Source: TPA_inf: Saccharomyces
Lineage: Eukaryota
Reading direction: 5' to 3'
Length of the DNA: 64,000 nucleotides
NCBI GenBank assembly: GCA_000146045.2
Contig: BK006938.2
Span: 1,088,001 to 1,152,000, forward strand
Shown: positions 1 to 12,300 of the stretch, piece by piece
Layout of the letters: every line of letters starts with the position of its first letter
Numbering within the stretch: position 1 is the stretch's first letter
Program-made: the position numbers and the translations under genes
Notes under the pieces: generated by a model
Databases searched by the model: none
What the model saw: only the letters and a program-made list of their open reading frames with translations
Told to the model about the DNA's origin: nothing

Positions 1-942
1 CTAGTGTTAAATGGGTTTTCCACATCGAAAAGATCTGATGAAGACGATCAGGATGTAAACGTGGAGAAGGTTATTGTTTCCATGTTCCAGAATATTTTCC
101 CACCTCTGAATCCTGCAAGAACTTCGTTGAATTCTATCAAACGTATATTTATGATCAATAAAGACAGAGAAACGGGGGAAATTTCTATGCGCCACTATTT
201 TATTGACATTCGAGAAGTAGAGATCTCTAGAAATCTAAAAAGGCTTTATAAAGCCAAAAATAATCTAAGTAAAACAGTGCCGAATTTGCATCGAAAAGAA
301 GATATTTCTTCTTTGATATTAGATCATGACTTAGGCGCCTATACATCAGAATCTGAAATTGAAGATGACGCTATTGTGAGAGTGGTTGATAATCAGGACG
401 TGAAGGCAAAACATTCTCAAACTTCGCTGTCGCAAAAAACACCCGTTAAAATGACAGATAACGAAGAACGTGAAAAAGGAATTGAAGAAGAAGATGTGGA
501 AATGGAGGAACCTAAGCCTTCAGAAAATTCGCAACCAACTCCACGTAAGAAGGCTATCAAACTGACTGAATTAGGACCAAGATTAACTCTAAAACTGGTC
601 AAAATAGAAGATGGTATTTGTTCAGGTAAAGTATTACATCATGAATTTGTTCAAAAATCAAGCGAAGAAATCAAAGCCTTAGAAAAGAGACACGCTGCAA
701 AAATGAGGCTGAAGGAACAAAGAAGAAAGGAACAAGAAGAAAACATTGCTAAAAAAAAGGCTGTTAAAGATGCTAAAAAGCAACGTAAATTGGAAAGAAG
801 AAAAGCTAGAGCAGAAGAACAGGGTGAAGGTCAAGGGAAAGATGGTGCAATGAGCGATGATGGATCTTCATCGAGTGAAGATGAGCATTATAGTGATGTA
901 CCAGAGGATTTGGATAGTGACTTATTCAGTGAAGTAGAATAA
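1..942 (+). CDS. SSF2: C-terminal 312 codons of a Brix-domain ribosome-biogenesis protein (SSF1/SSF2 family); the 5' end lies outside the window
   Basis: The reading frame is open from base 1 (the track's 'M' at 4 is a GTG) to TAA at 940-942. The K/E/R-rich tail ...KLVKIEDGICSGKVLHHEFVQKS...KQRKLERRKARAEEQ is typical of Ssf1/Ssf2. SSF2 rather than SSF1 is chosen only because the next gene is PIB1. Confidence 0.8.
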   Translation, partial: LVLNGFSTSKRSDEDDQDVNVEKVIVSMFQNIFPPLNPARTSLNSIKRIFMINKDRETGEISMRHYFIDIREVEISRNLKRLYKAKNNLSKTVPNLHRKEDISSLILDHDLGAYTSESEIEDDAIVRVVDNQDVKAKHSQTSLSQKTPVKMTDNEEREKGIEEEDVEMEEPKPSENSQPTPRKKAIKLTELGPRLTLKLVKIEDGICSGKVLHHEFVQKSSEEIKALEKRHAAKMRLKEQRRKEQEENIAKKKAVKDAKKQRKLERRKARAEEQGEGQGKDGAMSDDGSSSSEDEHYSDVPEDLDSDLFSEVE

Positions 943-1218
943 TGCACGATATGTATATATATCCTCCGTACGTAACATCACTATCCATATAGTAGCCATG
1001 ACTCCGATGGACTTAAAGAACCAGGAAGTGTCTGTTTATTCATAGGTGAGGGAACACCTCAAAGTAAATATTAATGAATATATAAGATCATAATTAAACA
1101 AATATATAGAAATCTTTTACAATTAAAGAAAAAAATAAAAGAAAAGGGAAGTTAAAACTTCGATTATTAACAGCTGAAAAATTAAACTTTGTAATGAAAA
1201 GCAAATTGGGAGTTATCG

Positions 1219-2079
1219 TTAAAATACGGCATCATGGAAAGGACAAAAGTTCCTTTTAACAAAAGCATGTCCATTTCCCTTCTGGGCTGCAGTCATTTGC
1301 GCCCTTTTGTGAAACCAGTTCTTAATACACTTATAATGGAAAACACACAAGCATTCTAGTCTCCCAACTTTCTCACCGGGTTCCATATTCTCAAAACAAA
1401 TCGGGCACTCCTTAATTGCATTATCTGTTGTATTAGGCGATATCTTGTACACTAACATTCTATTTTGAAAGGCAGGGCTTTCTTTTACGGAGTCATCTGC
1501 TGCATCTGACGTATTCGTATGTTGTTGGGCATTTTCAGCTCTCTGTATGCAATCCTCTACGTGCTTTCTGGTCTCTTCTTCATCAGGAAACTGTGTGAGA
1601 TCTGAGTTACAAATAGGGCAGAAGTGATCCTCCTCGTTTTGTGAACTTTCTTCGCTCCTGCATGCCGTACCGGATTGATCTACCGAATCTTCCAGGATTT
1701 CCGCGTCTTCATCAGTGTTGCTATCTGGTGCAGAAAGTGCAAGTGCATTTGGTGGTACCGAAGTTTGCGATAGTCGTACATCTCTGTTGGTGGAGGATAC
1801 TAGTAGATTTAAATGAAGGAGGTTATCGTAGCACTCATTACAAGTTCTATATGGAGGCGATTCCACGTCGCTATTTTTTTTCTGCAAGGCATGGACTCTC
1901 TTTTTATTATAATTAACAAAATTTTCGGTACAAGACGAACAAAATATCCTTCCACAACACCTACAATGGTGTCTTCTTACGAGAAACGAAAAGTTCGTCT
2001 TGCATTGAAAACAGCTGTGAGCTTCCTCGTCTGCCTGCCACCTGGCAAGATTATTGATACAGTCCTCTTTAATAACCAT
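1219..2079 (-). CDS. PIB1: FYVE-finger plus RING-H2 protein of 286 aa; PI3P-binding E3 ubiquitin ligase
   Basis: ATG is confirmed as cat at 2077-2079. The FYVE signature [13 protein letters not shown] and a C-terminal RING-H2 (CPICFENM...CLCVFHYKC) are visible in the translation. The length matches PIB1. Confidence 0.9.
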
Positions 2080-2113
2080 GCGCTTTAGTTCTTCATATGT
2101 TCTTTTCTAGCAG

Positions 2114-2130
2114 AAAAAAAAAAAAAAAAA
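2114..2130. promoter_or_regulatory. 17-nt poly(dA:dT) tract in the PIB1 5' region
   Basis: An A17 run lies 35-50 bp upstream of the PIB1 ATG on the opposite strand, a classic nucleosome-excluding promoter element. Similar tracts are at 13984-13995, 17910-17925, 20601-20616, 42881-42894, 47620-47631, 47690-47701 and 59232-59244. Confidence 0.5.
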
Positions 2131-2432
2131 CAGCAGTAGTGTACAGTGTTTGATCAGGTTATTTCTTAATCGTCCGTCCCCTGTTTACTATAAATCCCGA
2201 GAATAGTTCTACTTTTTCTTTTCTATTCTTCTCTTCGGTGAGCTGCTTCGATGCCCATTACCCGGATTCCATGATACTCCGCTATTTCACTGGCCCTTAT
2301 CGAAGATTTCCTTCTCCAGAGATATGATTATGCACAGGCTTCCATACGCTCTATCGATCGTGCAAACATTTATACCCTCTGCGAAACAGCGTCGAATCCA
2401 TTTTACTTTAGAAAAGGTGAAATACGATGTAG

Positions 2433-4511
2433 TCAATGGTCGTCCAACGTTTCTTCATTATTTCCAACATTACCGTACTCAGCATTTAATCGATCGTTAA
2501 CTCGTAGCTTTCTTAATAGAATGTCCCAGAACGAGAGTCCCAGTAGTACTTTAGTTTGCTGCTTCAAAAGCTGGACTGCTTTATAGTCTGTCTCTTTGAC
2601 TAGAATGCTTTCAATTTTCGGAATGGCATGGCCTTTTTTCTGTTTAAAATCAAATCCACTTACCACATCCAAATACTTGATTTTTTGCATCTTTCTTTTA
2701 CCTTTGTTATACTCCTTTATCAGGCATTTAATATCAACTTCTTTGCTAAGCGGTATTAATTCAAATCCATCAGGCTTAGTTTCTTTCGAGTAAATTTCGA
2801 TGTTGCCAAATTTATTTTTATAATGCGACAAATCTGTTATCACATGTTCCTGTCCTAAATGATCGCAATACGTGCTGGGGTATTTAGGAGACTTCATTGT
2901 TTGCTCATACGAAAACAATTCTTTGATAACGTACTTGTCTAGGTTTCTTACCATCCTTTCCCTCATCGGTAGATACTTTTTACGTTTTAATGGTTGAGCA
3001 TTAGGTAGAATGGAACGCCCTAATATTGCCCAGTGCTGTTTACTCTTTAATTGAATGACGTCTCTTCTCCAAAATATGGGCTCTTGTGAATTGTCTCCCT
3101 TAGTAAATGTTGCGGCTTGTTTTGCACATGCTTTTAATACTTCATTAGACTTTAACAGAGAGGGAATCACGAAATTATCTGTTCTTTTAATCTCTGTCAC
3201 ACTCTTTGGTAATGTAAAATTAGTTAAAGCAATCTTTTTCATTATTGCGTAATGATGAACAGATGCTTTTTTCTTGTTCAAGACTTTCAACCACTTAGAT
3301 AGATATTGGTAGCTAGTGTAATGCTTCGATTTCAAAATAGGAGAAGACTCAGATAATTCAAAGTACCTGTAACAAACATTTGGCACATATCTTGGTGAAA
3401 CATCTTGTAGTACCTTTTCAGCATGATTGATACGGACTACATAATGAAACTTTTGGTTTAGGTTGTACTTCATGTCTACCGAAGGTTGATAAGTAGGGAC
3501 AAACTGATCTTCGCGTGTTTTCAAGACCATTTCACGTTCACCCAGATGGGCTATAGGGTCAATGATGTATAATTCACCATCGCTCAAAGTAGGAACTTCT
3601 AATTCAATCCAAAAATAAGGTTGTATTAGGTCAGAGTCAAATCTGTTGGGAACTTTGCCAATACCATGTTCGATTTGCCACTTCACCTTATTGCACCTAA
3701 TATCGTAATCGTGCAAGGGCAAGGCAAAGCATAAGTAAAGCTTCTTAGGCCCCGGTAGCACATTTTCTAAGATAATAAAGAAGAACAACGTTAGAATATC
3801 TCTGTTGGCCATTTTCCTTTTAGCCATCTTGCGAATATCTTCAACACCATGATTTATCAACGGCCTATTTCCATAAAATTCTTGTTGATTTTCAAGAACT
3901 TTTTTATATGTAGATTCAGAGATTGAATTTTCGTTTTGGTTATCGGCATACTTGATAAGGTATTGCAGCCTGTTGAAATTCTGTCTAATGCCATTGCTAT
4001 TCATTTTGTAATTGGAACGGAACCATAAGACCAAACCAAGCAAAAGGGTTCTTAAAGAATCCATTTTAAAAGCTGGATCCCTTACATCCCAATCTTTGAA
4101 TTTTTTGCCAATTAATTTTGGTACAGACCTTCTTAGTCGCCTATTTAGTCTTTCATCGTCTATCCATTTCATCCTAGATTTTAACAAAAATAACATAAAT
4201 GGAATCATTATCAAATGGAGTCCATATTTAAGTCGCTGATAATTGAATGCTTTTTTATTATGCTTTCTTTTGTACTTGCTGACTTTCTCCCTGTCTCTGC
4301 GTATATTGCCAAATGTGACAGTTAAGCTTCCATCTAAAGAAACTTCTTCCCAATCAATATCACTTAAATCATCTTCTTCATCCTGGTAAAAACTATCAAA
4401 AGAATCATCTGTTTCTTCCTCCTCATAAAACGATACTTCTTTCTTCTCAATCTTTGAGTTTTTTCGATTGGCCTGATCATTTTGGCTTGATTCTAACAGT
4501 CTCTTGGCCAT
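2433..4511 (-). CDS. RAD34: Rad4/XPC-family nucleotide-excision-repair protein of 692 aa
   Basis: The ORF-track N-terminus at 4526 is a GTG; the first ATG is cat at 4509-4511 (MAKRLLESS...). Size, position between PIB1 and IPK1, and Rad4-like C-terminal sequence all fit RAD34. Confidence 0.8.
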   Translation of the reverse strand: MAKRLLESSQNDQANRKNSKIEKKEVSFYEEEETDDSFDSFYQDEEDDLSDIDWEEVSLDGSLTVTFGNIRRDREKVSKYKRKHNKKAFNYQRLKYGLHLIMIPFMLFLLKSRMKWIDDERLNRRLRRSVPKLIGKKFKDWDVRDPAFKMDSLRTLLLGLVLWFRSNYKMNSNGIRQNFNRLQYLIKYADNQNENSISESTYKKVLENQQEFYGNRPLINHGVEDIRKMAKRKMANRDILTLFFFIILENVLPGPKKLYLCFALPLHDYDIRCNKVKWQIEHGIGKVPNRFDSDLIQPYFWIELEVPTLSDGELYIIDPIAHLGEREMVLKTREDQFVPTYQPSVDMKYNLNQKFHYVVRINHAEKVLQDVSPRYVPNVCYRYFELSESSPILKSKHYTSYQYLSKWLKVLNKKKASVHHYAIMKKIALTNFTLPKSVTEIKRTDNFVIPSLLKSNEVLKACAKQAATFTKGDNSQEPIFWRRDVIQLKSKQHWAILGRSILPNAQPLKRKKYLPMRERMVRNLDKYVIKELFSYEQTMKSPKYPSTYCDHLGQEHVITDLSHYKNKFGNIEIYSKETKPDGFELIPLSKEVDIKCLIKEYNKGKRKMQKIKYLDVVSGFDFKQKKGHAIPKIESILVKETDYKAVQLLKQQTKVLLGLSFWDILLRKLRVNDRLNAEYGNVGNNEETLDDH

Positions 4512-4740
4512 TACTTTTCTTCTCACTATTCCTTAAACTCATGTATGCTAGGTTTCAAGGTTTGACCCTTCGTTGAATATCGAATTTGGTCATTCACCCT
4601 GGCTTGTGTGTTTTCCGTTTTATTATTTACATTTTCCAGAGGGCCACTAGAAAAAAAAAATACTTATCTATCCATATATTTTACAAATGGTAATGTATGT
4701 GCATCTGCCAGTACCAAAGGTGGAAAGAAAAGTATACAGT

Positions 4741-5586
4741 TTATTTATTTGAAGTATGATAAATTTTTTGGCTTGATGTCAACTGGCTGTAAGTTTTTGT
4801 CCAATGGGTCCATTTTTCTTTTGGCTTTAGATCTACATCTATTATATTCACGTGCAACGCATTTTCAGCACTGTTCCATTCAATGAAACATGTCACGTCT
4901 CTGAGTGTCATGAGTAGCAGATGCTCATCGTTTACATCGTTGATTGATTTTATGTCACTTATTGGAGTTGTGTTCTTTGTAAGTTTTTTCTGTAAATCAT
5001 AAAGGATCTTGAAAATGTTATTGTCATTGCGCAAGTACTCATGCATGGCATCTTTAAACTTAACCGGAAATATATTACATTCTCCAAATATTAATTCCAA
5101 GTGTGCTGGATTCATTAGTAATTGATTGTAACAGTACTTAGTGCCTCTACCCTTAAATGCATTATGAGTACAGTTCCTACAGTAATCTGTATCATAGTAT
5201 AACCATTTAGGCTTCAATTCTAAAATAACTGTTTGCAGATTTTGTGAACAATAAGATTTTAAAAAGTGGTTATTTAATATCAGATTTGAGGTATTATTGG
5301 TGAGATTTTTAATTTTGATAACTTTGACTACCTTATCGTCTAAATTTAGAATAAAGTCACTGAGAATTGGCCTTATAGCTTCTATATCGACGTCAATCAG
5401 ATACATCGGGCAAAGCAAGCCATGTAGAAGAGGTTCTACATAATCTTTAATATAACTGATGTTTTTGATTGTATAAGAATTATTTGATGATAACAGATCG
5501 GGCCAACGGATGCAGCATCGCCACAACCACGTAGGATCCCCATAATCAATCAGTATATTTGCCCCACCACGTCCGATGACTTGCAT
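4741..5586 (-). CDS. IPK1: Inositol-pentakisphosphate 2-kinase, 281 aa
   Basis: ATG is cat at 5584-5586; length and synteny match. The identification rests on recall, not on a motif scan. Confidence 0.8.
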   Translation of the reverse strand: MQVIGRGGANILIDYGDPTWLWRCCIRWPDLLSSNNSYTIKNISYIKDYVEPLLHGLLCPMYLIDVDIEAIRPILSDFILNLDDKVVKVIKIKNLTNNTSNLILNNHFLKSYCSQNLQTVILELKPKWLYYDTDYCRNCTHNAFKGRGTKYCYNQLLMNPAHLELIFGECNIFPVKFKDAMHEYLRNDNNIFKILYDLQKKLTKNTTPISDIKSINDVNDEHLLLMTLRDVTCFIEWNSAENALHVNIIDVDLKPKEKWTHWTKTYSQLTSSQKIYHTSNK

Positions 5587-5762
5587 CGATCTTTCTTTTC
5601 AAAAAAGGAACTTATCTCTGACAATTTTCGACTGGTAGCATATCACGGTTCGAATTAATTTTGGAAACCCTAAATGGGACCGCATCAAAAAAGTACCTTG
5701 TGAAAATATCTTCGATAAATAAACCACTGAGGAACGAACAAGAAAACCATAAGTAAGTGAGG

Positions 5763-7178
5763 ATGATCGTATTTCGTCGCTTTCCTACGTGCCTTTTACA
5801 TCACATTCGACAACCGGCATCCAGGAGTCTTTTGTTGGAATCACAAAGGCGATCATTATCTTTTACATCTTATAAATATAACAGCAGCCACATTGATGAT
5901 GATAAAAGTAAAAAAAAGCTTAAAAATGTTTTCCAAATGAATAGCAATAGAGTCATTCGTAAGCAAAAAACAAAAGAAGAATTGGCCAAAGAGAGGTTCG
6001 AAGAACAACTGAGGTCACCTAATAGATTTGTGAGGTGGGGAGCTATTGCGAGATCAGAAAAGTTTTCAAAGGGAATGACCAAGTACATGATCGGTGCTTA
6101 TGTGATATTTTTAATCTATGGTCTCTTCTTTACCAAAAAACTGTTTGCGAAAGACAAAGAACTGGAAAGATTGTTGAAGAAACAAGAAGAAGGGAATGCC
6201 AATGAATACGAAGCATTAAGGATTAAAGAATTGAAAGGAAAACTAAGGAGGAGAGATGAATTGAAATTAGAAGAATACAAAAAAATGCAAGAAGAAGGCA
6301 TTGAAAACTTCGATGATATTCGGGTACAGAATTTTGATCAAAACAAATTGAATGAACAAATATTGCCAGCAAGAGACACAACAAACTTTTACCAAGAAAA
6401 AGCTAACGAATATGATAAGGCAATTAATATGGAAGAGAGAGTAATATTTCTCGGTAAAAGAAGGAAATGGTTAATGAAACATTGTCAAGGGGATGTTTTG
6501 GAAGTTTCATGCGGTACAGGAAGAAATATCAAGTACCTTGATATGTCACGCATCAACTCTATAACATTCTTAGACTCTTCTGAAAATATGATGGAAATTA
6601 CACATAAAAAATTCCGAGAAAAGTTTCCTAAGTATAAAAAAGTTGCATTTGTTGTTGGAAAGGCGGAAAATCTAGTAGACTTAGCAGAGAAAGGTAAGCC
6701 CTCTCTAGAGAATGAAAAGGAAAACCAAGTAAAATATGATACTATCGTGGAGGCGTTTGGTTTGTGTTCCCATGAAGATCCGGTTAAGGCACTTAATAAT
6801 TTTGGCAAGTTATTAAAGCCAGATGGAAGAATTATTTTACTGGAACATGGTAGAGGTCAATACGATTTTATAAATAAGATATTAGACAACAGAGCTGAAA
6901 GAAGACTGAATACTTGGGGCTGTCGATGGAATCTCGACTTAGGCGAAGTGTTAGATGATTCTGACCTAGAATTGGTGGAAGAAAAACGGACTCACTTAGG
7001 CACTACTTGGTGTATCGTTGCAAAGAGAAAAGGTGATGTGAAAAAGAAAGACGAGCTTGGGTTTGTAGAAAAATACTTGCAATCAAGTATTAGAAAGAGA
7101 ATGGAATCATTCGAAAAAAAAGACGATATGGCATCTAAAAAAGAACTTGAGCCAGTACCTCCTGTAAGTAAAAGTTAA
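5763..7178 (+). CDS. OMS1: Mitochondrial inner-membrane SAM-dependent methyltransferase-like protein, 471 aa
   Basis: First ATG is at 5763 (the track start at 5757 is GTG). A class-I methyltransferase motif I (VLEVSCGTGRN) follows a predicted TM segment (YMIGAYVIFLIYGLFF). Confidence 0.85.
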   Translation: MIVFRRFPTCLLHHIRQPASRSLLLESQRRSLSFTSYKYNSSHIDDDKSKKKLKNVFQMNSNRVIRKQKTKEELAKERFEEQLRSPNRFVRWGAIARSEKFSKGMTKYMIGAYVIFLIYGLFFTKKLFAKDKELERLLKKQEEGNANEYEALRIKELKGKLRRRDELKLEEYKKMQEEGIENFDDIRVQNFDQNKLNEQILPARDTTNFYQEKANEYDKAINMEERVIFLGKRRKWLMKHCQGDVLEVSCGTGRNIKYLDMSRINSITFLDSSENMMEITHKKFREKFPKYKKVAFVVGKAENLVDLAEKGKPSLENEKENQVKYDTIVEAFGLCSHEDPVKALNNFGKLLKPDGRIILLEHGRGQYDFINKILDNRAERRLNTWGCRWNLDLGEVLDDSDLELVEEKRTHLGTTWCIVAKRKGDVKKKDELGFVEKYLQSSIRKRMESFEKKDDMASKKELEPVPPVSKS

Positions 7179-7369
7179 CATATTTATTCATACCAATGAA
7201 TTTTATACAGGCTTAGAATCGTGTAAATATTTCAGTAAGCAAGTTAAAATGTGATCTAAAACCCCTTAGGTAGTTCTCCTTACTTCTAAAGTGATCATAC
7301 TGACCATATGTGACGTAACGACGCTATTATTAACAATCCAAAAATTGCGTCACTGGGAAAAAATAAAAA

Positions 7370-7461
7370 TGCGAACTCTGTGGATCGAACACAGGACCTC
7401 CAGATATCTTGACCAAAGTTTTTTCTTCAGTCTGGCGCTCTCCCAACTGAGCTAAGTCCGC
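7370..7461 (-). tRNA. tRNA-Phe(GAA) with intron
   Basis: The minus-strand sequence reads GCGGACTTAGCTCAGTTGGGAGAGCGCCAGACTGAAGA[intron ~19 nt]TCTGGAGGTCCTGTGTTCGATCCACAGAGTTCGCA. A box, B box (GTTCGATCC) and anticodon GAA are all present. A Pol III T-run terminator lies immediately downstream (plus 7355-7369). Confidence 0.93.
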
Positions 7462-7639
7462 TAACATAAGACGGAACTTCATGGGTGGTCTGTCTTTTAT
7501 ATATGCAATCTTTTATTTTTATTGCGTTGCGGTTTTCAGTATTCATAAGAAGGTGAAAAATGAAACAGATCGTTGTGATCAAATCGCTCAAATCGGATTT
7601 AAATTAAACTTTTTCTTCTATTTCAATGCATTTAATTAA

Positions 7640-7766
7640 GATAGGTAACTCTTGTGAATAAGTGTTGGGATTGCATTGGTGATAAATCCATAATTAGGTA
7701 CACAGAATATTCATGAAGTTTTTTTTGAGGATAAAAGAATCCCCAAAAAATGAGATTGGTAAATCT
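7640..7766 (-). repeat. Left half of an older diverged delta (Ty1/Ty2 LTR), split by the Ty1 insertion
   Basis: The sequence gtgttgggattgcattggtgataaatccataattaggtacacagaatattcatgaag...gaggataaaagaatcc...aatgagattggtaaatct aligns to the reverse complement of the delta U5 end (attgttgggattccattgttgataaaggctataatattaggtatacagaatatactagaag...gaggatataggaatcctcaaaatggaatct). Confidence 0.7.
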
Positions 7767-8104
7767 TGTTGGAATAAAAATCCACTATCGTCTATCAACT
7801 AATAGTTATATTATCAATATATTATCATATACGGTGTTAAGATGATGACATAAGTTATGAGAAGCTGTCATCGATGTTAGAGGAAGCTGAAACGCAAGGA
7901 TTGATAATGTAATAGGATCAATGAATATAAACATATAAAACGGAATGAGGAATAATCGTAATATTAGTATGTAGAAATATAGATTCCATTTTGAGGATTC
8001 CTATATCCTCGAGGAGAACTTCTAGTATATTCTGTATACCTAATATTATAGCCTTTATCAACAATGGAATCCCAACAATTATCTAATTACCCACATATAT
8101 CTCA
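7767..8104 (+). repeat. Ty1 5' LTR (delta)
   Basis: Starts TGTTGGAATA and ends ...ACCCACATATATCTCA. The TYA ATG (8064) lies inside the LTR, as is usual for Ty1. Confidence 0.95.
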
Positions 8105-9386
8105 TGGTAGCGCCTGTGCTTCGGTTACTTCTAAGGAAGTCCACACAAATCAAGATCCGTTAGACGTTTCAGCTTCCAAAATTCAAGAATATGATAAGGC
8201 TTCCACTAAGGCTAACTCTCAACAGACAACAACACCTGCTTCATCAGCTGTTCCAGAGAACCCCCATCATGCCTCTCCTCAACCTGCTTCAGTACCACCT
8301 CCACAGAATGGGCCGTACCCACAGCAGTGCATGATGACCCAAAACCAAGCCAATCCATCTGGTTGGTCATTTTACGGACACCCATCTATGATTCCGTATA
8401 CACCTTATCAAATGTCGCCTATGTACTTTCCACCTGGGCCACAATCACAGTTTCCGCAGTATCCATCATCAGTTGGAACGCCTCTGAGCACTCCATCACC
8501 TGAGTCAGGTAATACATTTACTGATTCATCCTCAGCGGACTCTGATATGACATCCACTAAAAAATATGTCAGACCACCACCAATGTTAACCTCACCTAAT
8601 GACTTTCCAAATTGGGTTAAAACATACATCAAATTTTTACAAAACTCGAATCTCGGTGGTATTATTCCGACAGTAAACGGAAAACCCGTACGTCAGATCA
8701 CTGATGATGAACTCACCTTCTTGTATAACACTTTTCAAATATTTGCTCCCTCTCAATTCCTACCTACCTGGGTCAAAGACATCCTATCCGTTGATTATAC
8801 GGATATCATGAAAATTCTTTCCAAAAGTATTGAAAAAATGCAATCTGATACCCAAGAGGCAAACGACATTGTGACCCTGGCAAATTTGCAATATAATGGC
8901 AGTACACCTGCAGATGCATTTGAAACAAAAGTCACAAACATTATCGACAGACTGAACAATAATGGCATTCATATCAATAACAAGGTCGCATGCCAATTAA
9001 TTATGAGAGGTCTATCTGGCGAATATAAATTTTTACGCTACACACGTCATCGACATCTAAATATGACAGTCGCTGAACTGTTCTTAGATATCCATGCTAT
9101 TTATGAAGAACAACAGGGATCGAGAAACAGCAAACCTAATTACAGGAGAAATCCGAGTGATGAGAAGAATGATTCTCGCAGCTATACGAATACAACCAAA
9201 CCCAAAGTTATAGCTCGGAATCCTCAAAAAACAAATAATTCGAAATCGAAAACAGCCAGGGCTCACAATGTATCCACATCTAATAACTCTCCCAGCACGG
9301 ACAACGATTCCATCAGTAAATCAACTACTGAACCGATTCAATTGAACAATAAGCACGACCTTCATCTTAGGCCAGAAACTTACTGA
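8064..9386 (+). CDS. TYA: Ty1 TYA (Gag), 440 aa
   Basis: ATG at 8064, stop at 9384-9386. Ty1-type Gag sequence. Confidence 0.95.
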   Translation: MESQQLSNYPHISHGSACASVTSKEVHTNQDPLDVSASKIQEYDKASTKANSQQTTTPASSAVPENPHHASPQPASVPPPQNGPYPQQCMMTQNQANPSGWSFYGHPSMIPYTPYQMSPMYFPPGPQSQFPQYPSSVGTPLSTPSPESGNTFTDSSSADSDMTSTKKYVRPPPMLTSPNDFPNWVKTYIKFLQNSNLGGIIPTVNGKPVRQITDDELTFLYNTFQIFAPSQFLPTWVKDILSVDYTDIMKILSKSIEKMQSDTQEANDIVTLANLQYNGSTPADAFETKVTNIIDRLNNNGIHINNKVACQLIMRGLSGEYKFLRYTRHRHLNMTVAELFLDIHAIYEEQQGSRNSKPNYRRNPSDEKNDSRSYTNTTKPKVIARNPQKTNNSKSKTARAHNVSTSNNSPSTDNDSISKSTTEPIQLNNKHDLHLRPETY

Positions 9387-12300
9387 ATCTACAGTAAATC
9401 ATACTAATCATTCTGATGATGAACTCCCTGGACACCTCCTTCTCGATTCAGGAGCATCACGAACCCTTATAAGATCTGCTCATCACATACACTCAGCATC
9501 ATCTAATCCTGACATAAACGTAGTTGATGCTCAAAAAAGAAATATACCAATTAACGCTATTGGTGACCTACAATTTCACTTCCAGGACAACACCAAAACA
9601 TCAATAAAGGTATTGCACACTCCTAACATAGCCTATGACTTACTCAGTTTGAATGAATTGGCTGCAGTAGATATCACAGCATGCTTTACCAAAAACGTCT
9701 TAGAACGGTCTGACGGCACTGTACTTGCACCTATCGTAAAATATGGAGACTTTTACTGGGTATCTAAAAAGTACTTGCTTCCATCAAATATCTCCGTACC
9801 CACCATCAATAATGTCCATACAAGTGAAAGTACACGCAAATATCCTTATCCTTTCATTCATCGAATGCTTGCGCATGCCAATGCACAGACAATTCGATAC
9901 TCACTTAAAAATAACACCATCACGTATTTTAACGAATCAGATGTCGACTGGTCTAGTGCTATTGACTATCAATGTCCTGATTGTTTAATCGGCAAAAGCA
10001 CCAAACACAGACATATCAAAGGTTCACGACTAAAATACCAAAATTCATACGAACCCTTTCAATACCTACATACTGACATATTTGGTCCAGTTCACAACCT
10101 ACCAAATAGTGCACCATCCTATTTCATCTCATTTACTGATGAGACAACAAAATTCCGTTGGGTTTATCCATTACACGACCGTCGCGAGGACTCTATCCTC
10201 GATGTTTTTACTACGATACTAGCTTTTATTAAAAACCAGTTTCAGGCCAGTGTCTTGGTTATACAAATGGACCGTGGTTCTGAGTATACTAACAGAACTC
10301 TCCATAAATTCCTTGAAAAAAATGGTATAACTCCATGCTATACAACCACAGCGGATTCCCGAGCACATGGAGTCGCTGAACGGCTAAACCGTACCTTATT
10401 AGATGACTGCCGTACTCAACTGCAATGTAGTGGTTTACCGAACCATTTATGGTTCTCTGCAATCGAATTTTCTACTATTGTGAGAAATTCACTAGCTTCA
10501 CCTAAAAGCAAAAAATCTGCAAGACAACATGCTGGCTTGGCAGGACTTGATATCAGTACTTTGTTACCTTTCGGTCAACCTGTTATCGTCAATGATCACA
10601 ACCCTAACTCCAAAATACATCCTCGTGGCATCCCAGGCTACGCTCTACATCCGTCTCGAAACTCTTATGGATATATCATCTATCTTCCATCCTTAAAGAA
10701 GACAGTAGATACAACTAACTATGTTATTCTTCAGGGCAAGGAATCCAGATTAGATCAATTCAATTACGACGCACTCACTTTCGATGAAGACTTAAACCGT
10801 TTAACTGCTTCATATCATTCGTTCATTGCGTCAAATGAGATCCAAGAATCCAATGATCTTAACATAGAATCTGACCATGACTTCCAATCCGACATTGAAC
10901 TACATCCTGAGCAACCGAGAAATGTCCTTTCAAAAGCTGTGAGTCCAACCGATTCCACACCTCCGTCAACTCATACTGAAGATTCGAAACGTGTTTCTAA
11001 AACCAATATTCGCGCACCCAGAGAAGTTGACCCCAACATATCTGAATCTAATATTCTTCCATCAAAGAAGAGATCTAGCACCCCCCAAATTTCCAATATC
11101 GAGAGTACCGGTTCGGGTGGTATGCATAAATTAAATGTTCCTTTACTTGCTCCCATGTCCCAATCTAACACACATGAGTCGTCGCACGCCAGTAAATCTA
11201 AAGATTTCAGACACTCAGACTCGTACAGTGAAAATGAGACTAATCATACAAACGTACCAATATCCAGTACGGGTGGTACCAACAACAAAACTGTTCCGCA
11301 GATAAGTGACCAAGAGACTGAGAAAAGGATTATACACCGTTCACCTTCAATCGATGCTTCTCCACCGGAAAATAATTCATCGCACAATATTGTTCCTATC
11401 AAAACGCCAACTACTGTTTCTGAACAGAATACCGAGGAATCTATCATCGCTGATCTCCCACTCCCTGATCTACCTCCAGAATCTCCTACCGAATTCCCTG
11501 ACCCATTTAAAGAACTCCCACCGATAAATTCTCATCAAACTAATTCCAGTTTGGGTGGTATTGGTGACTCTAATGCCTATACTACTATCAACAGTAAGAA
11601 AAGATCATTAGAAGATAATGAAACTGAAATTAAGGTATCACGAGACACATGGAATACTAAGAATATGCGTAGTTTAGAACCTCCGAGATCGAAGAAACGA
11701 ATTCACCTGATTGCAGCTGTAAAAGCAGTAAAATCAATCAAACCAATACGGACAACCTTAAGATACGATGAGGCAATCACCTATAATAAAGATATTAAAG
11801 AAAAGGAAAAATATATCGAAGCATACCACAAAGAAGTCAACCAACTATTGAAAATGAATACTTGGGACACTGACAAATATTATGACAGAAAAGAAATAGA
11901 CCCTAAAAGAGTAATAAATTCAATGTTTATCTTCAACAGGAAACGTGACGGTACTCATAAAGCTAGATTTGTTGCAAGAGGTGATATTCAGCATCCTGAC
12001 ACTTACGACTCAGGCATGCAATCCAATACCGTACATCACTATGCATTAATGACATCCCTGTCACTTGCATTAGACAATAACTACTATATTACACAATTAG
12101 ACATATCTTCGGCATATTTGTATGCAGACATCAAAGAAGAATTATACATAAGACCTCCACCACATTTAGGAATGAATGATAAGTTGATACGTTTGAAGAA
12201 ATCACTTTATGGATTGAAACAAAGTGGAGCGAACTGGTACGAAACTATCAAATCATACCTGATAAAACAGTGTGGTATGGAAGAAGTTCGTGGATGGTCA

